This document shows positions 38,320 to 52,454 of a stretch of 64,000 nt of DNA, one piece after another (within the stretch, counting starts at the first letter, position 1; each line of letters opens with the position of its first letter). The translations under genes were made by a program, and so were the position numbers. The notes beneath the pieces were generated by a model, which was given only the letters and a program-made list of their open reading frames with translations, was not told the origin of the DNA and searched no databases. The DNA is taken from assembly GCA_964016885.1 (NCBI GenBank), contig OZ024741.1, positions 189,038,001 to 189,102,000 on the forward strand, in the 5' to 3' direction. Source of the DNA: Eledone cirrhosa (taxonomy: Eukaryota).

Positions 38320-39260
38320 AGAAGCTGCTGAAGCAATAGGAAGGTGGACAGACTGGAATCATTAGAGAATGATTCAGTAGGATGATAGAAGTACGATTTG
38401 CATCAGAAATTGAAGCAAAGGCTCACTCTTATAAGCCCTTAAAGAGCAAGGGTTTTTGCTAATCCCAACTTCCATGGAGAAATACATAACAAAAGGGTAA
38501 TAAAACATCCTTCAAATCCAAACGTCTTGACAGGAGAGCTGGAGTGGATTTGGAATGGAGCTTTTGCTCTAAATAAAATGAAAAGCTACAAAGGATTCCT
38601 GATATCATTGAACTGCCAAATGGTACATAACTATTTGTAGTTGTGGAAAGGAGGTAGCCCTGATGCTATATATGCATCCATCTAAGGGCTTTCTGCCCTA
38701 ATCAGGGAACAAAAGAATGAAAATCTACATTCTTACCAACACCCAACCCACAACAGCAACAACACCAACACCATCTACAATAATAGCAAGATAAAGAGGC
38801 AGGAACAGCCACAGCAGTAACAACAACGGCAGAGACTGAACCAGTGGCACCTGTACCAACATGCATGGAAAACATGCCCCTACTTGATGTCGCACAATTG
38901 GATTCAAGTTATGATGAAAGTGAGGAGTGGCAAATGTCTTCCACAATAAAAAAAAAAATAAATAAAAAAAACTCTGACTTCACCCTCAAAAAAAGAAGGG
39001 AAAAAAATGCTAAAACCATGAGACAACTATTACCAACACCTACACCAACGTCACCAGCAGCACCACCACCACCATTAACACCAACAACCCCGTAGCCACC
39101 ACCATTAACACCAACAACCCCGTAGCCACCACCATTAACACCACAACAGACACTGAAGATACCAACAACATCTCAAACAAAACCAAAACCAAATCCACAT
39201 CCACAACAACACCAAGAGCAAATCCAACAGAAAGTTACAACCCTCACTCACTGTGTATGT
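38320..39260 (+). pseudogene. Possible LINE ORF1 (gag-like) remnant
   Basis: Stop-riddled IPDIIELPNGT*LFVVVE...CYIC....CP resembling a zinc knuckle, followed by a Pro/Thr-rich tail with a 30-bp duplication. Confidence 0.4.
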
Positions 39261-40428
39261 GTTCTGTATGAACATAAATAAATAGTATAATATATCAACT
39301 TCTCATTCCAAATTGAGCACTGTTTTCGTTTTTCACATTCACTGATTTTTATTATATATACTTATATACATATATGTGTGCATGTATAGATATACCCATT
39401 GAGAATATAAAGATGTAAACATGTCTAATTTTATATATTCCCCAGTAAATTGGAAAAATGATATCTTGAATCAATTTCGAAACCTTTTTAGGTTCTTATC
39501 AGAAAATATGTATATCATCTAAACAAGCCATAAGGAAATACATAACTAAGAGTTTTGTATGCACTATCACATATAGTATCACTGAAATGGAAGTTATTAC
39601 CATTTATCTTGGGCGTTCATTTTCATATATATTAAGTTGCGTGCTAAGCTGCCAAAGTGTACAAGTAAATATAGACACTAAATATGAGGTTAATAATGTA
39701 GATATAAATATTGTAAATATAAATATTCACAGTATGAATATTGTAAATATGTATGTAATATTGTAAACAATTTATTGTATGTAAATATGGTAAAGATGGT
39801 GTTAGTAATGTAGATGATAATATTAAATGTATACATGATGTATAGATGAACTTTATAGTGTAGATTGTAAATATTGTAAATATATTATACACTTTAGAGA
39901 TGGTACCAATATTATAGCAATAAATATTGTATATGTACGCTATATAGATGGGGATAATAGTATAGATATAAATACTATAAATATACTCTCCCTAAATAGT
40001 TTATTAGTGTAGATATAAAGTATATTGTAAATATACACTGTAAAGGTATGGAGGCACATGGCTTAGTGGTTAGAGCATTGGGCTTGCAATCGAAAGGTTG
40101 TGAGTTCAATTCTCAGACCGTGTGATGTGTTGTTTCCTTGAGCAAGACACTTTATTTCACATTGCTCCAGTTTACTCAGCTGTAGAAATGAGATGATAGG
40201 GACTGGGGTTCCTATCATTCCACTGCAAAGTGGTTGTGGAGGTGCCACGGCAAAAAAAGCACTGTAAATGAGGTTGGTGTTAGGAAGGGTATCCAGCTGT
40301 AGAAATCAAGCCAGAATCAGTTCCCGTCCCACCCTTGCAAGCAGGGAAAAGCGGACGTAAAATGAAATGATGATGATGATGATGAAAGATAAGGTTAATA
40401 GTTCAGAGAATTTTAATCTTATTAATAA

Positions 40429-41424
40429 CTAGCAGCAGTACCCAGCGTTGCCTGGGTAGGTAAAATAATATCTGATTTGATGAAAAGGTGTTGATCTTAG
40501 CGACTGCTTCTCGATGACTCATCTATGGCCACACACAGGCCATGTGGGGGAGGGTGGTGATGACCTCTATCACTGAGAAATGCGGATGACTGACGAAGAG
40601 GCATGCTGGGGGAGGGAGGTAATGACCTCTAACACTAAGCCAAATTTCCTCACGCTACTTGATTGGAAACCGATGAATTCTCAAATGCACAACTAAAAGC
40701 TCAGACGACGTCAGTGGCCATCGTTTTGCCTTTGACCATCTATAAGATGTGCAATGATAGGTTCTATCGTAGTATAAAATTTGAACCAAATAAATTGATT
40801 TATGTGTGAGGTGGAGCCGAAGTTTCGAATTTGAAAGAAATCGGTTGAAAAATGTGGGAGCTAGAGCCGAAAAGCGGAAATTTGAGTGAAAAGGTGGTAT
40901 TTTCGAATATTTAAGCGGCTGCCACGCCATTCCTGAACAAAAGATCTAAAATGTAAAGCCACTTTAAGACGTGAAATAATCAGATCTAGTGTAGTGTAAA
41001 ATTTGAACAAAGTAGGTTGATTAATGTGGGAGCTAGAGCTGAAAAAGTGGAAATTTGAGTCTAAAAGTGGTATTTTTGCATATTTAAGTGGCTGCCACGC
41101 CGTCCCTGAACAACAAATACAAAATATAAAGTGATTACAGGATGTGCAATGATAAATTCTATTTTGCTTTAAAATTTGAACGAAATCGGTGGCAAAATGT
41201 GGGAGCTAGAGCCAAAAATCTTATTTTTCGATACCTAAAAAAAGGTGACCCCTATCGATTTTTATCTGCAGAATGAGCCCGGAATAAAAAAAACGAAACG
41301 CTGATATATGGAAAACACTCCCCGATGACTAATCTATGAGCCTGTAAAGTTTCATGAAAATCGGTCGTAAGATGTAGGCCCCTATACACAGACACACACA
41401 TACTTAATTTTATATATATACAGA
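40429..41424 (-). mobile_element. Non-autonomous Helitron
   Basis: 5' A|TCTGTATATATATAAAA; 3' hairpin ACCCAGGCAACGCTGGGT then CTAG|T. Internal imperfect subrepeats (aatgtgggagctagagc x3). Confidence 0.8.
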
Positions 41425-41960
41425 TATCTCCTCTCAGACATTTTTGCATTCAGTCAGAGGGTTATGTTTCAGATATTACCAAATATTAAATATATGATTA
41501 GTATTTTCATTTGATCTTATGTCAAGGGCTAAAATAGAAATGGTAATCTGTCCACACTCAGTTGAACAATCCTCATATTGATGGACATAAGTGAAACAAT
41601 GTATTTCAATGTTCAAATTTGCTTACTATAATAGACTTGAAATTCATTAATAAACATAGACAAAGCTTCTTAGAAATCTTTGTTGATAAAAGATTTGCTG
41701 GAAGCTTTGTTATAGATTTGTTTCCTGGGGCCATGTTACTTCTGTTGTTCTTACATCATTTTCTATACTGGTAGATGACCCACATTGTGTTACTTTTCTG
41801 ATACTCCAATGGACGTATTTCGCTTGAAGGAAATTATACGTCTTTTTTTCCCAAGACATAGTATTGTGTAGTTCAGGAGAATGAAAGACAATCACTAAAG
41901 ACTTCACAACCATATCAAATTGAAGAGTTGATGGAGAAAATGATGTGTTGTTTGTGTGTG

Positions 41961-41995
<35 letters not shown>

Positions 41996-42004
41996 GTATA
42001 TGTA

Positions 42005-42072
<68 letters not shown>

Positions 42073-42302
42073 TGTGTGTATATGTATATATGTATATATA
42101 TATATATTTTGTTTCTGAATTTGTTTAGCAAGATTCTTTATCTGAAAACGTGTGTTGAAACCGATATTATTATACTTTGGGAGGGTCATGTTGCCAATAA
42201 GAAACACATGCATCAGTTGCTTTCACTCCAATTTATTATAAATTAAATTATAAATTTCTGGTCGGTTGGTTGGCTCCACAACCGGACGGTTGTTCATATA
42301 TT

Positions 42303-42345
42303 GTCAAAGTTCTTTCGTCACACATTCTGTGACCTCTTCAGTGAC
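42303..42345 (-). ncRNA. Minimal hammerhead ribozyme in the inverted pLTR
   Basis: Exact reverse complement of 46008-46050. Confidence 0.72.
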
Positions 42346-43844
42346 TGGGGATTCTTTTCTTTGTTTTGTGCCTCTCCTTTGTTCTGTCCTACGCCATCTT
42401 TTTTTGTGTGTGTTGTGTGCTTAGTTTGCGCATGTGTTAGATCCGGGTGTCTGTGTGTGTTTTTATTTGTTTATTTATTTGTTTATTTACATGTTACTGG
42501 TTGGTTGTTTGTTCTATGTGTGTGTGTTTTCATTTTGTCCTTAATTGTAAGTTGTGATGTTGCTATTCCATTCATGTTTTCTATTTAATTTTGGTTGGAG
42601 TTCATTTATGTTTATTGCCTCTGTGATTTGTCTAAACATTGCGTCTTTTCTGTGTGTAGATTTTATTTTTATTTCTATGTTCTAATTTATAAATTTTTAA
42701 ATTTATAATTTAATTTATAATAAATTGGAGTGAAAGCAACTGATGCATGTGTTTCTTATTGGCAACATGATCCTCCCAAAGTATAACAATATCGGTTTCA
42801 ACACATGTTTTCAGATAAAGAATCTTGCTAAACAAATTCAGAAACAAAATATCGTAAGCCTTAACCAAGCTAACAAGATACTGAAAACCACCATGTTCTG
42901 TTGTCTAAGGAAAACAATAACATCTTGACAACTACACTTCATAAAAGAATGTGCCTCATCCAGAGTTTACACCAACACCATCAACACCGATATAAGAAGA
43001 TTACAACTCACCAAAAAAACAAGCAGATAGGCTAAAATGAACACTAATTTTAAACATAAAAAAGATTTACAGAGAATTACGCCATCAAGAAAAACATAAG
43101 CGTAACCTAATACAAGAAATAACTAAGATCACCACACCAAGAGAAAAAATTAGAATACATAAACATTATACACAAAGAAGAAAAGTACATCATCCAAGAA
43201 TGCAACAAACACTTTAACAAGAAATTAACGTGGCTCAAACAGATGAAACTAAACCAAGAAACTTCAGAGAATAGAGATAAATATCCAGATAGGATTGATG
43301 GTATAAACATGGCCAACATACCATTAACGGACGAATTCAACAACAACAACACAAATATATACGGCAACATTGCAGTAGACCCTGATGAACTATCCATATT
43401 ACAGCTACCACCTAAATATGCCACATATATTAAAGTAAATATGATAAGATGCTTGTCAGAAATAGAAAAATCATTGACAAAATTACGTTGGAGCCTCAAA
43501 AACAGCAACAAAAACAAAAACAGAAGTAACAACACGAACAACATACGCACACACACACAACACACATCCCAACAACAACAGACACACACAAACAACGATA
43601 ACAACAACAACACATGCAACAATAATAACAACATACACAGAGACAACAACAATAACAACAACAGACATACAGACACAAACAACGATAACAACAACAACGC
43701 ACACAACAATAATAACAACATACACAGAGACAACAACAATAACAACAACAACAACACACATCAACAACAACAACACACACATCCTATGCTTCTCACTCAT
43801 CACCACCACAATCTTAACAGACACACAGACACAGAAAATAGATA

Positions 43845-44030
43845 ATTGTTTCTACTTTAGGCACAAGGCCAGCAATTACCCAGTACATTACTGGTACTTT
43901 ATTTTATCGACCCCGTAAGGATGAAAGGCAAAGTTAACCTCGGCGGGATTTGAATTCAGACTGTAAAGGGATGTAACTATGCTAGAAAGCATGGCGTCAA
44001 ACCCTCTACCGATACTGCCAATTCACCACC
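43845..44030 (-). mobile_element. SINE family A nested in Penelope
   Basis: TSD cacagaaaa(t/c)agataat on both sides. Confidence 0.88.
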
Positions 44031-46007
44031 TCTCACAGAAAACAGATAATGACAGTAACACAGAGGTAAGGGACGGTAATGGGATTGAAAGAAGAAGGGA
44101 GACTATCGATACTGACAGAGAAAATAACCAGGACGAACACACAGACACACAAAATAGAGTAGATAATAACAATGAGCCAGAAGAAAGAGACAGGAGTAAT
44201 AATGAAAGACATAGAAATAACCATGAGGCTGATGGTGGAAATAGAAATAGAAACAACGCAACTAACAATAGCAATAGCAATAGCAACTAACAATAGCAAT
44301 AGCAGCAGCCTGGAATTCTACTTTTTATAACCCTTCCGATATGTCCTTCGACTTACGACGAGTCCATACCACGACTTTAGCTTTTAACAAACGCACGCAA
44401 TTGCCATCACAGGTCGATGAACACACAGAAGCACAATTTAATATAGCTAGATCTAAACTTAGAAATATTATAGAACAGTATAGCAAGAGGCAAAATAGAA
44501 TGGAGGCACAGGAACTGGGAGAAAAATCTACAAATGGCTTGCATAAGCTCATGCAATGCTCACGTAATGGAGAGAGTGCATGCTTTCCAACGGACAAGTC
44601 TGGCAGAATGTCGGTTGAGAGTCTGTCAAACTACACCCAGGCAATGCAACCCCACATCACTAACACAAGAGAGAAGTAACACCACAAGAGCATGAGGATA
44701 GGGAGAAAACCCTCAACGCTCATATGATGATGTGGACAAACATAATGCAGAGAACAGTCAGGAATTAGAGAAAAACACCATGGAAAGCATCCATCAAATA
44801 GCTAACTCCATCCACCAGAGTATTTCAGTTACTATAGACTACCCAAGCAAACACCCCAACCATTGATTACCTGTACTAGACACAGAGCTCTGGTTAGAAA
44901 CCATTAATAACAAAAAACAAATCCTCCATTGCCATGATTTCCAAATATCTGATCCACCGAAACTCAGCTGTTTCGGATCACACCAAAATCAACATACCGA
45001 TTGCGGATTTAGTACGGGTGATAAGAAACGTGTCCCGCATGTGCAACCCCAAAGAACTAGAGAGACACATACAACACTTCATCCACCGTATGCAGTTCTC
45101 TGGTTACAATCAGAGAGATAAAATCAGAGTATATGGAGGAGCCAGAACCAAATGGGAAAAAATGGTAAATAATGATACAAATGGGACCTGCCCCTTGTAT
45201 AGGAGCAAATTTGGGAATAGAATAGAAAGAACTAGGAATAAGGTTAATATAATAAACTCATGGTATGATAGCAATAAATACCAGAGTGTAATGCTCATCA
45301 ATACAACCCCTAGAGGTGAACTAGCTTACAAATTTAGAAGGGCCCTAGATAAACTTAAACTAAATATTAAGATAGTAGAAAGACCAGGTACCTCCATAAA
45401 AACACTTATTAGTAATACATACCCTTTTCAAAGACCTCCCTGTATAGATAAGAAATGCATAATCTGTAAACTAAGCCCCATATTAACTGCAAAACTAGAA
45501 ACATAGTATATAGCATAAGATGTACTGAAGGACAATGTAAAGATAAGAATATAGTGTACATAGGTGAGACAGCTCGTAGTATAGGAAAATGATTAAATAA
45601 ACACTGGCGAGAGCTTCAAGATAGAAAAGAATCATCTGTACTCCACCAACATTCTAAAATAGGACATAAGGGCAAATTAGAGAACATAGAAATAAAAATA
45701 AAATCTACACACAGAAAAGACGCAATGTTTAGACAAATCACAGAGGCAATAAACATAAATGAACTCCAACCAAAATTAAATAGAAAACATGAATGGAATA
45801 GCAACATCACAACTTACAATTAAGGACAAAATGAAAACACACACACATAGAACAAACAACCAACCAGTAAAGTGTAAATAAACAAATAAATAAACAAATA
45901 TAAACACACACAGACACCCAGATGTAACAAACTAAGCATACAACACAAAAACAAGATGGCATAGGACAGAATAAAGGAGAGGCACAAAATAAAGAGAAGA
46001 ATCCCCA

Positions 46008-46050
46008 GTCACTGAAGAGGTCACAGAATGTGTGACGAAAGAACTTTGAC
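46008..46050 (+). ncRNA. Minimal type I hammerhead ribozyme in Penelope pLTR
   Basis: guca CUGAAGA g gucaca-gaaug-ugugac GAAA gaac UU|ugac. Confidence 0.75.
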
Positions 46051-46227
46051 AATATATGAACAACCGTCCGGTTGGGGAACCAACCATCCAACCGGAAATT
46101 TATAAATTTTTTAAATTTATAATTTAATTTATAATAAATTGGAGTGAAAGCAACTGGTGCGTGTGTTTCTTATTGGCAACATGACCCTCCCAAAGTATAA
46201 CAATATGTATATATATATATGTATATA

Positions 46228-47130
46228 TATGCGCAGGCTGGAAAGGAACGAAGCATGCATGCTCCGTTGGATGTGTAATAGTAATATACGTGAACAGCAA
46301 AGCATAAATGAACTAAGTGAGAAATTAGGAATAAGAGGGATCAGATGCTGTTTACTTGAGAGAAGACTACGTTGGTATGGCCACGTGATGCGCATGAAAG
46401 ACGACAGCTGTATAAAAAAGTGCAAGGCAATCAAAATTGATGGTAGTTACGGAGTAGGTAGACCCAGAAAAACCTGGGATGATCTGATAAATTCCGACCT
46501 TACACACTTGCACCTCTCTAAGACAATGTCACTAGACCAAGATCTTTGGCGCCATGCAGTAATACAGAAGACCCACCTTGCCTATGTACAAAGCGAAACC
46601 TACAGTCAGTAGGCACCTCTCAACCAAATATACACCCCAATCCACTACCCCTACCCTATCCTCCCACTAACACCATCCGCTCTCTGTAAAGCTGGTACTA
46701 CAACATCCAGTCCAAATAAATGAGATAATTGTTTCTACATTTGGCACAAGGCCATCAATTACCCAGTACATTACTGGTACTTTATTTTATCGACCCCGTA
46801 AGGATGAAAGGCAAAGTCAACCTCGGCGGGATTTGAACCAAATAAATGAGATAATGAGATCGAGATCGTGTAGGTGTCACGACAAAAAAAAACACACAGT
46901 CCACGCTGTAATGTGACCGTGTAGGTAACGCGGTAAAAAGTTCCCAGTTCCACATTGTAAATGTGGTTTGTGTTCGGAAGGGCATCCAGCCGTAGAAAAC
47001 CTGCCAGATAGTCCTATATGAGCGAGACACAGTCACCCGACCAACCTTGCCTCAAGTGGGACAACTCCCGTCTAACCCATGCAAGCGTGGAAGATGGACG
47101 TTAAATGTAGATGATGATGATAACGATGAT
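46228..47130 (+). mobile_element. RTE LINE 3' fragment plus SINE-like tail, with a nested truncated SINE A (46728-46837, -)
   Basis: MRRLERNEACMLRWMC...RLRWYGHVMR...GRPRKTW. Nested SINE is flanked by TSD ccaaataaatgagataat. Confidence 0.82.
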
Positions 47131-47152
47131 GTATATGTATATGTTACGTATA

Positions 47153-47193
<41 letters not shown>

Positions 47194-47833
47194 GGAAAAA
47201 ATGAAACGAAATTTCATTTCCCACTCTTAGTACGGCTGTTACTTAAACACAAGTATGTACACGTACATACATATATGTATACAGACGTACAGTAGTATGT
47301 ATATATATATATACATACATGCACACATATATATATGTATGTATGGATTCACCGAACATTTATTATAATGCTCGGTGTGTTTGTAAACAAACATCCCGTA
47401 TTAAGCCGTAGTGTTTAGCAACCATCGTTGCTCGTTTGTATGTACGTGTACATACTTGTATATATATGTATATATATATATCATATATATTTATATTTCA
47501 TTTTCATTTCATTTCACGTCCGCTTTTTCCCTGCTTGCAAGGGTGGGACAGGAACTGATTCTGGCTTGACTTCTACAACTTGACTTCCTAACACCAACCT
47601 CATTTACAGTGAGTGCTGGATGCTTTTTTTCTGTGGCACCTACATGACCAGTTTGCAGTGGAATGATATGGACCCCAGTCACTATCATCTCATTTCTACA
47701 GCTGAGTAAACTGGAGCAATATGAAATAAAGTGTCTTGCTCAAGGAAACAACACATCACCCGGTCTGAGAATTGAACTCACAACCTTTCGATTGCAAGGC
47801 CAATGCTCTAACCACTAAGCCATGTGCCTCCAT

Positions 47834-47877
<44 letters not shown>

Positions 47878-48399
47878 ATATATATGATTTGTCCAGGTGT
47901 ATCTTTTTAACCTTTTAGTTTTTTCGTTACTTTGCTATTGTGTGGTTAGGTTTTGCCTACCATTGTTTTCAATTTTCCAAGCTATTTAAATGTATGTTAT
48001 TACTCTACCCTTATTGAGTGCTTTGCTAACTCATTCATATTGTAGGTCGACTTTGCTTGCCCACTGCCAAAGCTTCGATTTTACTAAGCTTCCTCTTATA
48101 TATGTATATATGTATATATATATATGTTGGTATATGACATGTATAGATGTATGTATATGTGATGTGAATATTAATATTTAAATTTGTGCGTATAGCCATA
48201 TTTCCTTCTCATTTCAAACTTACCCGCCCTAACTACACCTCGTTTGGTATACATGCCCGATGCTGTACGATAACTGCTTCTTTGTGAATATCTTATCGAA
48301 CAGACAAGGGGTGTACGGAGGCTCCGTAAGCCATAGTGTAGGCAACCCGTCTAGGAGAGCTACCACTCCGAATAAATTGATGCGGAGTGGAGAAGTCCC

Positions 48400-48930
48400 T
48401 TAAGTCCAGTAAGACAACTTCCCTAGTGCTGGTGGCACGAATAAATGCACTCAGTCCGTGCTGTAAAATGGAGGGGTGGATAGGGCTCTGAGTCCAGTAA
48501 GATGATCTCTCTAGTGCTGGTGGCACAAATAAAAGCACCCAGTCCATGCTGTAAAATGGAGGGGTGGGTAGGGCTTCTGAATTCAGTAAGACGATCTCTC
48601 TAGTGCTGTTGGCACAAATAAAAGCACCCAGTCCATGCTGTAAAGTGGTGCTGGTGTTAGGAAGGGCATCCAACCAGTATATATACTACTGCCAAACACT
48701 GAACACAACAAATGAAATTTGCAACAACTGCGTAAACAGCAGTAACACTAACCATGTTAGGGCTGTGCACGGCAGTGGGGTGGCTGGTGCGGCCATGTGC
48801 GAGAAGCCCCCCCCCCCCGACCATCATCAAGCAATCACACAAAAGCAACTGTGTAAACAGCAATAACACTAACCATGTTAGGGCTGCGCACGGCAGTGGG
48901 GTGGCTAGTGAGGCCATGTGTGAGATCCCC
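48400..48930. repeat. ~88-bp x3 and ~120-bp x2 tandem duplications
   Basis: ctagtgct(g/t)gtggcac at 48423, 48511 and 48600; gcaactg.gtaaacagca.taacactaaccatgttagggctg at ~48725 and ~48845. Confidence 0.8.
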
Positions 48931-49094
48931 AAGGACAAGTGGTTACTCCTTCATTACGTTTATTGGTTGCTGACGCGCGTTTCGCTACCAATCTGCTCAA
49001 GGTTCGATCTGTATCGATCTAGCCTGACTCTGGAAGAAGCAAACACTCGTCCTCGTTTTATTTTATTATATATATATATATATATATATATAAT

Positions 49095-49815
49095 CATCAC
49101 TGTTTAATGTCCATTTTCCACGCTAGCATGGATTAGATTAGTTGTCCCATTTGAAGCAAGTCAGGTCAAGTGACTCTGTCTTGCTTAGGCAGAACTGTTT
49201 CTGGCTTGGTTTCTATGGTTGGATGCCCTTCCTAATGTCAACCACATTTACAGTGAGTGCTGCCTACTTTTTGTCGTGACATCTACACAACCACTTCACA
49301 GTGTTGGCTGGATGCTTTTTTGTTGTCATTGTGATACCAACATAACTTTACAATGTAAGGGTTGTGTAATCAGATGTGTGCGTGTGTGGGGTGGGTGGGT
49401 GTTGGAGCATGGGAGGTGTATGGAAGAGGCGATGGTTTAGAGGTGCCTACTAGATGTATGTTTCAGTCCATGTGCATAGGAAGATGGATCTTCTGCATAA
49501 CACCAAAATCTCAATCTTCTGTCATTGTCTTTGAGAGGTGCAATTGCACAAGGTCAGCTTTTATCACCTCATACCAGGTCTTCCTGGGTCTTCCTACTCC
49601 ATAGCTTCCATCAGCTTTGATCGCCCTGCACTTTTTTATACAGCTGTCATCCTTCACTTGCATCACATGACCATACCAATGCAATCTCCTTTCTTGCACA
49701 CTGCATCTGATCCCTCTTATGCCCAAATTCTCTTTCAGTTCATTTACACTTTGCCATTCGTGTATATTATTATTACACATCCATTAGCACATGCATGCTT
49801 CATTTCTTTCCAATC
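49095..49815 (-). mobile_element. RTE LINE 3' fragment, same family as 46228 and 54600
   Basis: MCNNNIHEWQSVNELKENLGIRGIRC...RLHWYGHVM...GRPRKTW. Confidence 0.85.
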
Positions 49816-51535
49816 ATTGACACCTTCAGGACATTTGGGTTGGGAACCCAACTCCGATCGCCCGAGAGTTTTGATTCACCAGCCACTCCACACGCTACCT
49901 CTAATGTTATGATCATGAGCTGAACAACCTAAAGTTTGAGCCATGTACCTATACATACATACACACATACATACTTACACACATACGTACGTACATACAT
50001 ACATACATACATACACCCATACATACATCATGATGGTTGCAACTCGATTTCAAGTAATGCCATCGCTTGATACTTAAGCATGAGCATCACGGATGTGGTT
50101 TTTTAGTCCTGCTAGGGACTTGCCTATGGCCATGCATTGCAAAAAATGTCACATATCAAGTGATGCCTGTGCTTGAAGCTTTTTTAAGTGAGGAAAGGCT
50201 TTGCACGGGGCAAATCCCACTCTCTGAACATCAAATGCATTTACCCAAAAAGAAGAACCGGTCTACATCATTGGATGCAAACAAAGTCGCAGGTTTATAT
50301 CAGAGTAACCTTCTCCTAGAGAGATGTCTTAATGATGACTAGGAGTCTCGCGCTCAAAAAAAAACAAACTTTATTGGATGACTGTTGATTCTCCTATACT
50401 CCTTTGCCCTTTGACAGGTTTTGTTTTTCATCTCGCTGGGTGGCCAAAATCACCCTCCTCACCAAGTAAGCTTGGTGGGGTTGCCGGTTTAGTCACAGCT
50501 GACCCGACCATGCACCAGTTGTACTGGGTTACATGTTACCAGTAGTGCTGAAGAGCAACCTGACATGATATACATCATACATACATACATGTGTATATGT
50601 GTGTGAAGGCAATCAGTTGACAAACCCATCATAGCATTGGATAGAATATGTTTTGATATTTGTTGTCTGGATGGTAGGCTTGGGTAGATGTGTTAATGTT
50701 GCCATGTTTAATATATTGAGTATTAAAAAAGTTAACTAGAAATACATATTTGGTGAGACAGACAGATCAATAGAATAAAATAACATACTGCTGTGAAGGA
50801 GAATCAATTGACAACACTATTTCACACTATATTTGAATATTATATAAGTTAGTATTAACCTTTTCATTACCATATTTCTATTGAAATACGTTTAAAATAT
50901 GTTTCAATTAATTTTGATAAGAAAAACTTGGAGTTATCTCTGCATTGTTAACCTTTTTGTGACCATCTAAACTATAATAAAGCAAGGGCTGCGGAACTGC
51001 GTATGGTTTATTTCTTTTAATCCAGTTAGTAAAATAAGTTGGATTACTGTGAATAAATAATGAATGAATATTAATTAATTTATGTGCTAAATTTCGTAAA
51101 CAAATAATTTCGTAAAAATAAATAATCTAAAATTGACTTCTTTTCAAAGTTGCACTTCCGGTATATCATCACCACCACCACCACCACGACTTCAACTACC
51201 ATATATATATAGAAAGAGAGAGTGTGTGATGAGAGAGATAGAGAGATCATGATTTCCTACACACTGACGCATATGAGTGTGCACATACATACATCTATAT
51301 GTATGAGTATATAACTATTATGAGTATATAACTATAATGGCGCAAACACAAACTTATAAAAATACACACTCACGGACATAATTCACACAAATACACATAC
51401 TTTCACACATATACATTTACAGAAACACACACACACAGTCATGATAGCGTTTGGTTTATTTGGAAATAGGAGGGTAAAACAAGTATAACGTTTTATTTAT
51501 TTATTAACTCTTTTTTTTAAACTCATTTAATATAA

Positions 51536-52169
51536 CTAGCAGAAAAACCACCCTTCGGGTGGTTTTCTGCTAGCATGTGTAGTGTGTATATTGATATTAT
51601 ACGCAAGTATATATGCATGTAGATATGATACATCAAATAAAACCGTAATTGACAATATACACAGAAATTGAACGAAGACTGCGTTACACTGTCTTATGTA
51701 ATCAGTAAAGTAATCCATGGTACATTAAAAAAAGACGATATTATATATAAACTGCATTAGTAGAAAATTAGTGACAGAAATATATGAATATTTATTTAAA
51801 CGATCGCTAACCGGAAGTGTTGACATTTGAAAATTTTAAAGAAGTGAATCTTTAAATAAGTAATAAAATATATTTAAGGAACAGCCATGAAATTTAGTAG
51901 ATAAATTATGTAATATTCATTCATCGGTGGATTGGCAGTATCGGTAGAGGGTCAGACGCCATGCTTTCCAACATAGTTACGTCCCTTTATGATCTGAGTT
52001 CAAATCCCGCCGAGGTTGACTTTGCCTTTCATCCTTACGGGGTCGATAAAATAAAGTACCAGTAATTGCTGGCCTTGTGCCTAAAGTAGAAACAATTATT
52101 TATTCAAAAGGGGATAAAAAAGTATAAACCGTACGCAGTCCCGCGCTTCTTACTTTATTATAGTTTAGA
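51536..52169 (-). mobile_element. Same-family Helitron nested in opposite orientation, containing a SINE A at ~51921-52100
   Basis: Minus strand A|TCTAAACTATAATAAAG ... CTAGCAGAAAACCACCC-GAA-GGGTGGTTTTTCTGCTAG|T. Confidence 0.85.
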
Positions 52170-52454
52170 TTAAGCACTGTTGAACGCCCATTGATTATAT
52201 ATATATAAATGTAATAGCATATAAATTATGTCTAATGCAGACACATACACATATATATTTATATATATATACACACACACATACACACCACACCACACCA
52301 CACACAAATCGTCTTCCGAAGTTAGTGAAGCTATTATTAATCCTCCCCGAGTGAAGTAACTTGCAAATTCTTCGTAATTCATGATTTGCAATAATACATC
52401 TAATGGACACACACACATACAATATATCTATTCATATATAGACATATATATAGG

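Larger units (their letters stand above)
42108..46205 (+). mobile_element. Penelope-like element with inverted 5' pseudo-LTR, internally deleted RT and GIY-YIG domain
   Basis: 42108-42688 is an inverted copy of the 3' end/5' leader (45675-46205; 42690-42850). Peptides LPPKYA, PTDKSGRM, RMQFSGY, NIVYSIRC..VYIGETARSIG. Flanked by (TA)n. Confidence 0.88.

Noticed and set aside
48960-49045. Hammerhead-like GCGAAACGCGCGTC on the minus strand
   Set aside because: No CUGANGA core at the right distance on the same strand; at best a decayed or rearranged Penelope remnant.
50966-52169. A single TIR element (MITE)
   Set aside because: No TSD. The apparent TIRs are the 5' ends of two oppositely oriented Helitrons.
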